Position numbers and translations under genes: made by a program. Shown one piece after another: positions 13,967 to 26,590 of a stretch of DNA of 64,000 nt. Numbering within the stretch: position 1 is the first letter of the stretch; every line of letters starts with the position of its first letter. The DNA is taken from contig OZ024741.1 in assembly GCA_964016885.1 (NCBI GenBank), positions 253,766,001 through 253,830,000 of the forward strand. The letters run 5' to 3'. Under the pieces are notes generated by a model, which was given only the letters and a program-made list of their open reading frames with translations, made no database searches and was not told the origin of the DNA. Origin of the DNA: Eledone cirrhosa. Its lineage: Eukaryota.

Positions 13967-14300
13967 AACAAAAGATGGTTAAAAAACATTTGTGGATAGT
14001 GCAGTTTTAAATCAACATATGTTCTTATATATTATGTATACTCCAGTCCTACAAACTGTAGAGTGCTTCTTATCCGATATCTGCATTGCTTTATTGTACT
14101 ACAATAAAACTCACCTCCTACATATATATATATATATATATATACATAAATATATATACATACACACATACACACACACATATATATATACATATATATA
14201 TATAATATAACAGAGGTGTGGTAAGATACCAGTTGGACCATAACGTTCTTGATACTTAGGGCAGAATAGTGGGTGATAGGAAAAGTCAGGACTCTTTTCC

Positions 14301-14370
<70 letters not shown>

Positions 14371-14905
14371 GGGGGGGGTGCTTATGAATTTACAAATAAG
14401 AGAAAAAATATATTTAACACACGTCATACAGTTTATTTCTTTATTGAAACTGAATTTTCTTATTCCTGTTTTTTGTTTTTTTTAAATCTTTTGATAGTTA
14501 TGACTGGAAATCTGAGAAGCTGAGTAATAATCCATGAATATAGATTTAGTAAATATATATATAGTCTAGGGTAGAGATTGAACAGGTCCTCCTTCAACAC
14601 TCTAAACTCATTTCTATCTCACATTCTGAGCAAGCAATTACACCACAAAGCTCCTGCAATCTTCTTCTGCCAAAAATTAATCATACATGTGTTATACCAA
14701 TACAAATGTTCAGTATTGTTTTACTATATATAACCTGAGGTTTACAGGTAATTTAATAATCACTTAACCAACAACATATATGTTTTTATCTACTACTGTA
14801 TAAACTATTATTACGACCTCAACACATCATATAAGGTTCACAGATAATTTCATAGCTACTAAACTACCAGCAGCTATGTGGTGAAGTAGAGCTTTTAGTT
14901 TATAC

Positions 14906-15055
14906 CGGTGGTTCCCAAAGTGGTTTCCGAACCCAAGGGTTCTGCAATGGAGTGCTTGGGGTACCGTGAAAAAAGGTAGTATTAGACGTTGATGTTCCCA
15001 TAAATGTTTCTGAACCAAAAAGGGGTCCACGTTTGAAAATGTTTGAGAAACCTTG
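14906..15055. mobile_element. hAT (Charlie-like) MITE
   Basis: Ends CGGTGGTTCCCAAA/TTTGAGAAACCTTG; 8-bp TSD GTTTATAC. Confidence 0.85.
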
Positions 15056-16059
15056 GTTTATACCAATAACATATTTATATACGGCCCAGTTTGTATTTAT
15101 ATATATATATATAACTTGCATACCCTGCAAGTGGATTTTGTTGATTTCGGATTCACAGAAACCTAGCGGAGATATTGCATAATATCGGCGCGATGGTTCA
15201 GGTTTGTCTAATTATCCTGAGTCGGTTTTCTCGTTGCTTTGGTCCCAGCGGCTGGCTTACCCGTCGCAATCTTCAATTTGCATAGCTGTCTAAACGTAAT
15301 GTTATTACTCTAAGATAAAATACCTTATTGAGTGCTTAGCTGCGCATTCCGATTGCTTAGCTGCAACCAGAGCTTCGATTAGGCTGAACTTCCATTTGTA
15401 TTATATATATATTTTTTTAAAAGGTAATATTTGAAGATCGAGTTAAACTTTAATTAGTTACCTACCTAGCTGTGTGTGATTACACACTTTACAAATTATC
15501 CCCTGTGATTGTTTCATGTGTTTAGTTTAAATATATATATATATATATATATGTCAATCAATTTCTAGTTGATATAAAATGCTCGGATCTATTCATTGGA
15601 ATCTTTGAGCTTATTCTACAGTGGATATGGCGCATGTCTCGGACATGACTCCTTTAATTTAATTTAATTAAATCTATTTTGGATATATATATATATATAT
15701 ATATATAGTGTCCACATATATAAATACATACACAGAAGCAGATGGAGACACATATATAAATTTTCATATATATATATATATCTATATATATATACATCGA
15801 GATCAACTTCGCCCTTCATGCATTCAAGGCCGATAAAAAGTACCAGTCAAGTACTGGGGTAGATTCTACTTCTATATCTCTTTCTCACTTCCATTCTCTC
15901 ATTCTCTATCCTTCTCTGGAAGAAATCTGCTGTATTTAGACCTGAAGATGAAATGAGTTCTGCCAAGTTTTAAAACAAATGCCCCAGAAATGCCTATATC
16001 GATATGGTGCCCCATCGACTTCCCTGGGAGTTACAGGACCATTCATCTGTACATATATA

Positions 16060-16268
16060 TATAACGAAGGAAGTGTGGTAAGGAACCAGGTGGACCATAA
16101 CGCACCAGAGTACTCGATACTTTGGGTAGTAGAGTGGGTAATAGGAAAAGTTTCAGGACCCTGACGGCAGAGCTCAAGCCGTTTCGACGGCTATTTCTGG
16201 ACTCTGTGTCCAGAGATAACCGTCAAAATGGCTTGAGCTCAGCCGTCAGGGTCCTGAACCTTTCCTAT
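16060..16268. mobile_element. Fold-back element family B
   Basis: Homologous to 12161-12432; partial inversion; (TA)n flanks. Confidence 0.75.
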
Positions 16269-16361
16269 ATATAAATATATATATATATATACACAATAAC
16301 AAAATTAAATATCTATGTGCATGTGTATGTATGTATGCATATATGTATATGTATGAGTGCA

Positions 16362-16640
16362 ATGGTAGATAGCTTCATGGTTAGGGTGTTTGACTCATGA
16401 TCATAAGGTTATGGGTTCAATTCCCAGCAGTGTTTCGTGTTCTTGAGCAAGACACTTTATTTCATGTTGCATCAGTCCACTCAGCTGACAAAAGTGAGTT
16501 GTACCTGTAATTCAAAAGACCAGCCTTGTTTCAGACATCACACTGAATCTCCTTGAGAATTAAGTTAAGGAAACATGTATCAGTGGAATGGTCAACCATT
16601 TGCACATTAATTTCACGTGCAAGGTATCTGCTTTTTCAAA
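16362..16640 (+). mobile_element. tRNA-derived SINE, second family
   Basis: TAGCTTCATGGTTAG A box, GGTTCAATTCC B box, CTTGAGCAAGACACTT core; related sequence at 26770-27230. Confidence 0.7.
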
Positions 16641-16652
16641 GGTTCGATGCAA

Positions 16653-16683
<31 letters not shown>

Positions 16684-16737
16684 GGTCGCATTCTTTAAGG
16701 GTATGTCAATATTTATTTATAAAACTGATCTATATTA

Positions 16738-16802
16738 TATTTTATCTGATGAAAGCACACCATAATTTAACTTGGTGTCCTTGAAATATGTATAATGAAA
16801 TA
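16738..16802 (+). ncRNA. Type I hammerhead ribozyme (AUA site)
   Basis: TATTTTAT-CTGATGA-AAG.ACACCA/TGGTGT.CTT-GAAA-T..A-TA^ATGAAATA. Confidence 0.65.
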
Positions 16803-16841
16803 AATATGGTTTTATAAATATAGTTTCCATTTGTTAATATC

Positions 16842-17120
<279 letters not shown>

Positions 17121-17540
17121 CTTAGGGCAACAATATATTTATATATATATATATCATCATTAACATATATATGTACATATATAAATATATTTATATATGA
17201 TGATGATGATGATGAAATATATATATATATATATATACCACATTGTAAATGTGGTTGGTGTTGGGAATTTCATCCAGCAACCGTAAAACCCCAGCCAAAA
17301 TACAGTCCCGCTATGAGCAACATATAGAGCAGCCAAATGGTCAGACCCTCAGTTCCACACTGTAAACGTGGTTGATGTTAGGAAGGGCACCCAGCTGTAA
17401 TAAGAAACAAGCCAAAATACAGTTCCATTTGAGCAAGGTATGGTGCAGCCAGCTGGCCAGACATGTCTCATTACATGGATGACCCTTCTAACCCATGCAA
17501 GCGTGAAAAAATAAGATATTAAAAGGTGATGAGGATGATG

Positions 17541-17585
<45 letters not shown>

Positions 17586-17587
<2 letters not shown>

Positions 17588-20144
17588 GCGATTAGGTCTT
17601 CAAAATGTTTATTATAAACATACAGAATATTTTCGAATATTCTATGTCTATATTCACATATATATCGCTATTTCAGAGCATTTATTCCAATTTCTAATTT
17701 CTGCCGGACCGGCAACCGCTCTTTCAAACCAGTTCCTGTACACAGCTAAGTATTCTATAAGTCTCTAGCTGTGTCATTCTCGATAAAAGCACTGGATATG
17801 TAGTCCTGATGATTTCTAACAAGAATGAAACGCGTAGATTACTTCCCTTGCTTTTATCGAGAATCTAATTGTAATACGTGACGTATTCTATTCTATAGCG
17901 ATTAGGTCTTCAAAATGTTTATTATAAACATACAGAATATTTTCGAATATTCTATGTCTATATTCACATATATATCGCTATTTCAGAGCATTTATTCCAA
18001 TTTCTAATTTCTGCCGGACCGGCAACCGCTCTTTCAAACCAGTTCCTGTACACAGCTAAGTATTCTATAAGTCTCTAGCTGTGTCATTCTCGATAAAAGC
18101 ACTGGATATGTAGTCCTGATGATTTCTAACAAGAATGAAACGCGTAGATTACTTCCCTTGCTTTTATCGAGAATCTAATTGTAATACGTGACGTATTCTA
18201 TTCTATAGCGATTAGGTCTTCAAAATGTTTATTATAAACATACAGAATATTTTCGAATATTCTATGTCTATATTCACATATATATCGCTATTTCAGAGCA
18301 TTTATTCCAATTTCTAATTTCTGCCGGACCGGCAACCGCTCTTTCAAACCAGTTCCTGTACACAGCTAAGTATTCTATAAGTCTCTAGCTGTGTCATTCT
18401 CGATAAAAGCACTGGATATGTAGTCCTGATGATTTCTAACAAGAATGAAACGCGTAGATTACTTCCCTTGCTTTTATCGAGAATTTAATTGTAATACGTG
18501 ACGTATTCTATTCTATAGCGATTAGGTCTTCAAAATGTTTATTATAAACATACAGAATATTTTCGAATATTCTATGTCTATATTCACATATATATCGCTA
18601 TTTCAGAGCATTTATTCCAATTTCTAATTTCTGCCGGACCGGCAACCGCTCTTTCAAACCAGTTCCTGTACACAGCTAAGTATTCTATAAGTCTCTAGCT
18701 GTGTCATTCTCGATAAAAGCACTGGATATGTAGTCCTGATGATTTCTAACAAGAATGAAACGCGTAGATTACTTCCCTTGCTTTTATCGAGAATCTAATT
18801 GTAATACGTGACGTATTCTATTCTATAGCGATTAGGTCTTCAAAATGTTTATTATAAACATACAGAATATTTTCGAATATTCTATGTCTATATTCACATA
18901 TATATCGCTATTTCAGAGCATTTATTCCAATTTCTAATTTCTGCCGGACCGGCAACCGCTCTTTCAAACCAGTTCCTGTACACAGCTAAGTATTCTATAA
19001 GTCTCTAGCTGTGTCATTCTCGATAAAAGCACTGGATATGTAGTCCTGATGATTTCTAACAAGAATGAAACGCGTAGATTACTTCCCTTGCTTTTATCGA
19101 GAATCTAATTGTAATACGTGACGTATTCTATTCTATAGCGATTAGGTCTTCAAAATGTTTATTATAAACATACAGAATATTTTCGAATATTCTATGTCTA
19201 TATTCACATATATATCGCTATTTCAGAGCATTTATTCCAATTTCTAATTTCTGCCGGACCGGCAACCGCTCTTTCAAACCAGTTCCTGTACACAGCTAAG
19301 TATTCTATAAGTCTCTAGCTGTGTCATTCTCGATAAAAGCACTGGATATGTAGTCCTGATGATTTCTAACAAGAATGAAACGCGTAGATTACTTCCCTTG
19401 CTTTTATCGAGAATCTAATTGTAATACGTGACGTATTCTATTCTATAGCGATTAGGTCTTCAAAATGTTTATTATAAACATACAGAATATTTTCGAATAT
19501 TCTATGTCTATATTCACATATATATCGCTATTTCAGAGCATTTATTCCAATTTCTAATTTCTGCCGGACCGGCAACCGCTCTTTCAAACCAGTTCCTGCA
19601 CACAGCTAAGTATTCTATAAGTCTCTAGCTGTGTCATTCTCGATAAAAGCACTGGATATGTAGTCCTGATGATTTCTAACAAGAATGAAACGCGTAGATT
19701 ACTTCCCTTGCTTTTATCGAGAATCTAATTGTAATACGTGACGTATTCTATTCTATAGCGATTAGGTCTTCAAAATGTTTATTATAAACATACAGAATAT
19801 TTTCGAATATTCTATGTCTATATTCACATATATATCGCTATTTCAGAGCATTTATTCCAATTTCTAATTTCTGCCGGACCGGCAACCGCTCTTTCAAACC
19901 AGTTCCTGTACACAGCTAAGTATTCTATAAGTCTCTAGCTGTGTCATTCTCGATAAAAGCACTGGATATGTAGTCCTGATGATTTCTAACAAGAATGAAA
20001 CGCGTAGATTACTTCCCTTGCTTTTATCGAGAATCTAATTGTAATACGTGACGTATTCTATTCTATAGCGATTAGGTCTTCAAAATGTTTATTATAAACA
20101 TACAGAATATTTTCGAATATTCTATGTCTATATTCACATATATA
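17586..20144 (+). repeat. Tandem array of 310-bp hammerhead-containing units (retrozyme-like)
   Basis: Unit starts at 17586, 17896, 18206, 18516, 18826, 19136, 19446, 19756 and 20066 (partial). Only two substitutions were noticed (18485, 19599). (TA)n on both flanks. Confidence 0.95.
17776..17864 (+). ncRNA. Type I hammerhead ribozyme, repeated every 310 bp (8 copies, last at 19946-20034)
   Basis: GTAGTC-CTGATGA-T-TTCT(AACA)AGAA-T-GAAA-CGCG-TA^GATTAC, with a distal 16-bp stem ATTCTCGATAAAAGCA/TGCTTTTATCGAGAAT. Confidence 0.9.
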
Positions 20145-20159
20145 TATATATATATATAA

Positions 20160-20196
<37 letters not shown>

Positions 20197-20439
20197 TTTT
20201 CTTTATTAACCACAAGGGTTTACATAAAGTAGACATTAAGGACAGTACAGGACAATACAGGACGGTACAAATGGGCATTTCTGCGTGTAAAAAAAACAGA
20301 GGTTGAAATAAAATAACAAAGAAAAATTCCCCAATAGGGGGGAGACTTCCGAGGGACATTTGTGGAGAAAGCCCATTAAAAGACCACAGTGGCCCTGACC
20401 ACCAGGGCAAGTGCCCTCTCCCAGTTTTCCACCTTTAAT

Positions 20440-22793
20440 TTACAGACACATACTCAGAGAAGGCCCATTCATTCGGGCCATACTTGCTTCTCTCACCCAT
20501 CTTTCAACAAAATGCTGGGAAGAGAGCACTTCCCTCTCTACCCTGATTTTCCTTTTCAAATGAAATTTGAAAAAGTTAATCAGGGCATCACCGAAGAGGT
20601 AAGTGCTCGTCTTCAGCCCTTTCAAACGTGTCCACCATACTATCTCTTTCGCCATGGCCACCAGACAGATAAAAACTGCCTGCCCTTCCCGGCTAAAGGA
20701 AGGGGGCGGGGCAATCCTCACGATGGACTCAGCTGATAGCTGGATCCGTCCTACACGTGACAGCAGGTGTTCGACATAAACCCAAAAGTCAGCAATGCTC
20801 GGACACTGGACGAGTGCGTGCAGGACGGTTTCGTCGCCCTGCGCGCATCTCGGACATGCCCGGCTGACGGCACCTCCATGCCTGTAGAGTTTATCCCGAA
20901 CTGGCAAAGCTCCTCGGTAGCACTGCCAGGCCAGGGATTTCTGGAAGTTGTCCATAGGCCCCGGCCCGAAAGTCCTTCCTAAGAGATTGGCTAGTTGATT
21001 TTCGTCGACGCCTAGAGTTTCTCCAAGTACGTCGTCGCTCTTCCCCTCCACTAATCCCCTATAGAACGCCAAGGTGGAGTTTCCACCGATCACATTGCCC
21101 GATTGGTCGAGGGCTGTGAGCGCCTGAAGACATTCCAGTTTCCAAGCGCTCCCTCTCGGTCTTCGCTTGACCCAGGACGGCAGCTCCGTCAAGGAGACGA
21201 GCAGGGGAAAGATGCGTCTAGCAAATGGAGACCACACCTGATCACCGTCGAGGAAGAGGTGGAGATGTCGTAGCCTGAGCGCGTGTCTGCGCATCATCAG
21301 CCACGGCATTCCCAGCTGTCCACGTAGCGGGTGTTGACAGCAGATGGACCGCCTGACCATCAGAGCGCGTCCCTTCCAAAAAAGCGAAAGAACAAACGCT
21401 CCAGCGCAGTCAGGCGGGGCTTAGGACAAGGTACGACGGTCAGGCGGTAGTAGATGACGGATGCGATGTACGCATTCGCCACCTCCGCTCGACCTTTCAG
21501 GGATAGCTTCCTCTCGGCCCATTTCTGGGTGAGGGAAGCCACCCTGCTCGTCACCTCGTCCCAGTTTTTGTCCGTCTGGAGGTCTGGACCGAACCAGACC
21601 CCTAGCAATTTAACCGGTCCGTCCGTCCAGCGCCCGACGACGCTGTTGGACGGCATGGACCTGCCTCTCCAGGTGCCGAGCTGCAGGCCCACTGACTTTT
21701 CCTGGTTGATCATTGCTCCTGTCACCGCTTCGTATTCTCTTAGTGTAGTGCCGATCGCCTCGATGTGTTTGGCGTTCAACACCACTACGGTGACATCGTC
21801 GGCATATGCTGACACGGATCTTCCGCATCCTAGTTCGCGCGGGACCCCCCTCAACGTCTCCAGTTTGTGCAGTAATGGCTCGAGAGTCAATACGTACAAT
21901 AGGGACGAGAGGGGACATCCTTGGCGGACCGAGCGCATGATGTTGAACGGTTCCGAAAGGTGACCGTTCACTCTCACTACAGAGCAGATGTCGCTGTGCA
22001 TGGCAGCGATCCAGCCTCTGAAGACGGGCCCAAAGCCAGCCGCCCTCAGGACTGCCGCTAGGTAACGATGGTCGACCCTATCGAAGGCTTTCGACTGATC
22101 TAAATTGATCAAAGACCCACCCTTGCCAGGTTCCCTAGCTACCCTCTCTACGATGTATCGCATGAGGTGGAGGTTGTCGTGGATGGATCTGTCGGGAATG
22201 GCGCATGTCTGTGCCTCTCCCACCAGACCACCAACGACAAGCGCCAACCTCTTTGCTAGCACCTTGGCCAAAATCTTGAACTCTGTGTTTAGCAGAGTTA
22301 TGGGCCTAAAATTATCTATGTTATCCCCCTTGTTCGGATCCTTTCTCAGCAGCGCCACCGCTCCTCAGCTCACAGAGCTGGGAATTCCCCCGTTCTGTTG
22401 CCAGTTGCAGTAGACGTCCGCCAAGAGGCCTCCGAACAAGTTTGGCATTTGTACGTAAAGTTCATAGGGCAGACCATCCAAACCAGGCGATTTACCCCTT
22501 GTGCAACTAGTCATTGCATCCCGTACTTCAGCGGTTGTTATCGGCTTTTCGCAACACTCCGCCTCAGTGGCCGAAAGCCGCGGCAGTCCGTCGAGGTAGA
22601 CACTAAAGTCCATCCCTCGATCCGGCCCGCCACTTCCCCCGAACAGTTGAGCGAAGTGTCGCTGAAAAGCTTCACACATTTGCCCGGGATCGAGTAGCAT
22701 GCGCCCGTCGTGGTCCACCAAAGACCGGATCGTGGCTTTGTTGCCACGACGCGCCTCCGCCACTCGGGCCCATTGAACGGCTTTCGTCCCCTC
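20440..22793 (-). pseudogene. LINE ORF2 reverse transcriptase plus C-terminal zinc finger
   Basis: KSPGLDG, NFRPITLLN, DQSKAFDRV, VRQGCPLS, AYADD, CPRC..ETVLHALVQC; frameshifts near 22360 and 21375. Confidence 0.9.
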
Positions 22794-24494
22794 GTGTGTG
22801 TAGTCTTTTTTTGTGATGCTGGTGTTGTGTTGGATGTAGTGTAATAATTGGTTGTTGTTCAAATTTAATGCTGTGTAGTGTGTATCGTTTTGGTTGTTTT
22901 GTTTTGTTTGCGTTTGTTGTGGGTTTGTTTCTGTTTCGCTTTTTGGTGACTTTTGTGGTGTTGGTTTTGGTGGTGTTGGGGTTAATGATGGTGATGGGGT
23001 TGGTGATGCTGGTGTGGATGGTGGCATAGCTGTCCTAACTTTTTTGTTTGATAGTTTATTTGTTTCCCTCTGTATTTCGTTTTTGGTGGGGGAAAGAAGG
23101 GGATTTTTTCTTTTTTGGTTTCTTTTTCTTTTTTTCTTTTTTTCTTTTTTTCTTTTTTCCTGATACCGTTTCCCACTCCTCGTCGTCACAATCTGTCTCC
23201 AGTTGCGATAGGTCGGGGAGTGAAAAATCCTCCACAGGCGTTGGTTTTGGTTGTGGCGTGGTGGATGGTATAGGCACTGGTGCTAGTTCTGGCGCGTTGG
23301 GTGGTGGTGGTGTTGGTTTTGCTACTGTTGCTAGGGTTGTTTCTGTTACAGTTGCTTCTGTTGTTGCTGCTACAGTTGTTGCCATTTCTGCTGCTGTGTT
23401 GTTGATGGTTGAGTCACTGGGGTGGGTAAGAGAGGTGGCTTCAACCTTTTAGCCTGAGGGCAGAAAGACCTTAGGTGGGTTTCTTCACCACAAACGACAC
23501 ACCTAGGCCTTCTACTCTCGACGATTACGGTGAGGTGGCTACTGTCAGTGAGGTCTATTACCTCTAGGATCTCCTCAATGCTTTTTTGGTCCGCTTGGAT
23601 CAGGAGCTCCATCCCAGATCCGGACCAGTTCTCCTGCTTTTCTTTCGCTATTTCGATTATCTTGGTGTTGGCCTCGATGCCGGCGAGGACGGCAGCCATT
23701 AGCCAGGGAATTTCGATGGCCGGTGGAAGGTGGGTGACCCTGATCTTCACGAGTCTCTGGCCACAATAGCTTGGGACGAGTGTGAAGTCGTCACTTCTTA
23801 ATGGGGCCATGGAGTGTTCTCTGGCCTCCTGTGGTGTTCCAAAGAACACGTCCACGGTTCCATATTTCTGCCCACGTCTGATGTGGGTTTTTTTTGCCCA
23901 CACATGTCCCAAAGCTTTTTGGATTTGGGACTCGGATGCCCGTTCCACTCGGCGCGATTTTATGTTAATCGTCCGATAAGACACGGTGCATAGGCGCCGA
24001 TATGCTCCATTTTGTTAGGTGTGGGTGGGGGGGGGGGGCTTTCTTTACCATTCTCTTAGCTTCATCTAATTCCTCCTGAATTACCTGGATTGCTTCGCAA
24101 TTTTTTGCTACTCTGGCAAAAGACAGGGTGGTTTTCTTATTCTCATTGTTGTTGTTATCGTTATTTTTGTTATTGTTATTTGAAGTTTCAGTTGTGGTGG
24201 TGGTGGCGTCAGTGGTGTTCGGTGTGGAAGATTCCATTCTGGGTGAAACCATTTCGATGTCACGAGATAATTTATTTTTTTCTTTTGTTTCTGTTGTCGC
24301 TGTGGTGGTGGTGGGGTGGCGGCTTCAACACTTGCAGTCATTGGTAATGGCGGGAAATGAATGTCTGCATGAGACAAATTTAAATTATTGCTACTGCTTA
24401 TATTTTTAGTGTTGGCAAACGTAGTAATATTTACAATGGTGGTGTTGGTGTGAGGTGTTAGTTTGTGAGGAAGGTGTGACTGTGAGTCGTCCAT
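22794..24494 (-). pseudogene. LINE ORF1 (gag-like nucleic-acid-binding protein)
   Basis: SFARVA motif, CVVCGEETHLRSFC knuckle, EWETVSGKKKK basic tail; split across frames. Confidence 0.75.
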
Positions 24495-24706
24495 GATTTT
24501 TTCAAAGAAATTTTTGTTTGATAATTATAAAAGTTTAAATTTTGCGCTCAAGGCCCCAATCTTTTTGAGTGACCTTTTCAGAAAACAACGTATGTGCACT
24601 TATATACAGTTAACAATAAAAATTTTCCATAAATGGCAATTTTAAACAACTGAAAACAACAAACCTTTGCGGAGCTCACGATAAAACGATTTTCTACGTA
24701 GGTCGC

Positions 24707-24740
<34 letters not shown>

Positions 24741-24741
<1 letters not shown>

Positions 24742-26216
24742 TCTAGGTGTTTGTGAAAGAGACGGAATCAAGCACTCGACAATGAGGGTAAGGATAAGGA
24801 AGGAATATTACCGCAGAGTAAGAGCAATCTTAAGAACGGAATTGAATGCAAGGAATAGGATCGATGCCATAAACACGCTTGCATACCAGTAGTAACCTAC
24901 AGTTAGAATGTCATCAACTGGTCAAGCACAGAGATCCGTAGGCTCTTACAAAAATTAGAAAATTCTTAACCATGCACAGAATGCATCACCCTAAGGCAGA
25001 TACAGATAGAATATATCTCCCTAGGAAAGAAGGAGGACGTGTATTAATCCAGTTAGATATTGCGTTGAAAACTGCAACAATTGGATTATCTACATATCTA
25101 AGGGAATCACATGACTGGATGATCAAACTCGTTTGGAAACACGAAAGCATAAAAAAATCATACTCCATTACAAAAGATGCACAAAGATACAGTAATGGAC
25201 TACACATTTCAGAAGTTCCATTTACTGCTGAAATGAAAAACACAGAAAAAGCAAAGCAGGTAAAAGTAACTGCAAAGAAAGAACTGCTACAGAAACTGGC
25301 TAAGAAATGGCAAGAAAAGCCTCTGTATGGAAAATACCCAGAGCGAGCTAACAATCCTGATGTTGACAAAACTTTAACCCATCAGTGGTTGGCATCCTCT
25401 GGACTGAAATCGGAGACTGAAGGACTGATTATATCAGCACAAGATCAGTGTCTGCCAACATAAAATTACCAAGCCAACATAATAAAAAATGGATGCAACC
25501 CATTATGCCGTGTATGTAAAAAACAACCAGAGACCATTGATCATATAATTTCAATGTGCAGTCCTATAGCTCCAACCGAATACCTAAACAGGCATGACAG
25601 AGCTGCACAATACATACATTGGATAATGTGTAAGCCTTTTGACCTGCCCCATTAAAAGAATTGGTGGGAGCATCAACCACCTTCCATACTTGAAAAAGAT
25701 TACATCTCAATCTTGTGGAACTTTAGCATCCAAACAGACCGAAAAATAGATGCAAATAGACCTGATATAATACTGAAGGACTTTAAAAAGAGGGTATGCC
25801 TGCTAATTGATATGTCCGTTCCAATAGACAAGAATGTATCTATAAAAACATTTGAAAAATTGAGCAAGTACAAGGACCTGGAGATAGAAATTGGAAAAAT
25901 GTGGAAATTGAGAACTAAAACAATACCAGTGGTTGTAGGCGCTCTAGGAATGATACCTAAGGGGTCTAATGATTACTTATCGCAAATCCCAGGAAACCCG
26001 CGTATAGGAGAAATACAAAAGATAGTACTAATGGGAACTGCCCATATACTAAGGAAGATTCTGTCAATATAAGTACATCACAAGTCTAAACACCTAAAGA
26101 TGCATGTGTGTGTATGTATGTTCTTTCTTGAACATGGCGGACCTTGTTGTCTCTTGAGGTCACTGGTTGTGACTTGGTGATAACTCGTATGAACATAAAG
26201 CAAGATAAATGCAACT
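24741..26216 (+). mobile_element. R4/Dong-like LINE, 5'-truncated, with stop codons
   Basis: RIYLPRKEGGR, CRVC..ETIDHIISMC, NRPDIIL..LIDMSVP..EKLSKYKDL, GTAHILRK; (TAA)n on both sides. Confidence 0.9.
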
Positions 26217-26229
26217 ATAATAATAATAA

Positions 26230-26443
26230 TAATTGTTTCTACTTTGGGCACAAGGCCAGCAAATTTGGGGGGAAGGGAAAATCGATTAAATCGATCCCAG
26301 TGCATTACGGGTACTTTATGTTATCGACCCCGTAAGAATGAAAGGCAGAGCTAATCTCGGCGGTATTTGAACTCAGAATGTAAAGGGCCGTAACTCTATG
26401 CTGTGAAGCATGTTGTCCAACGCTCTACCAATACAGCCAATCC
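26230..26443 (-). mobile_element. SINE family A
   Basis: Reverse-complement copy. Confidence 0.8.
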
Positions 26444-26541
26444 AATAACAATAATAATAAAAAATACACATACACACACACATATATATACATATATATA
26501 TGTGTCTGTGTGTATGTATATATATATATATATATATATGT

Positions 26542-26590
<49 letters not shown>

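Larger units (their letters stand above)
20195..24706 (-). mobile_element. Tx1/L1-clade LINE, frameshifted, without AP endonuclease
   Basis: ORF1 with a CCHC knuckle, RT domain and C-terminal zinc finger; (TAA)n on both sides. Confidence 0.9.

Noticed and set aside
16362-16430. tRNA gene
   Set aside because: A and B boxes are present but there is no complete cloverleaf; it continues into a SINE body.
17586-20144. Plain satellite, 5S or snRNA gene array
   Set aside because: No 5S, tRNA or snRNA signature is recognisable; a complete hammerhead explains the unit better.
21454-23979. Plus-strand ORFs over the LINE
   Set aside because: They are antisense shadows of the LINE coding sequence.
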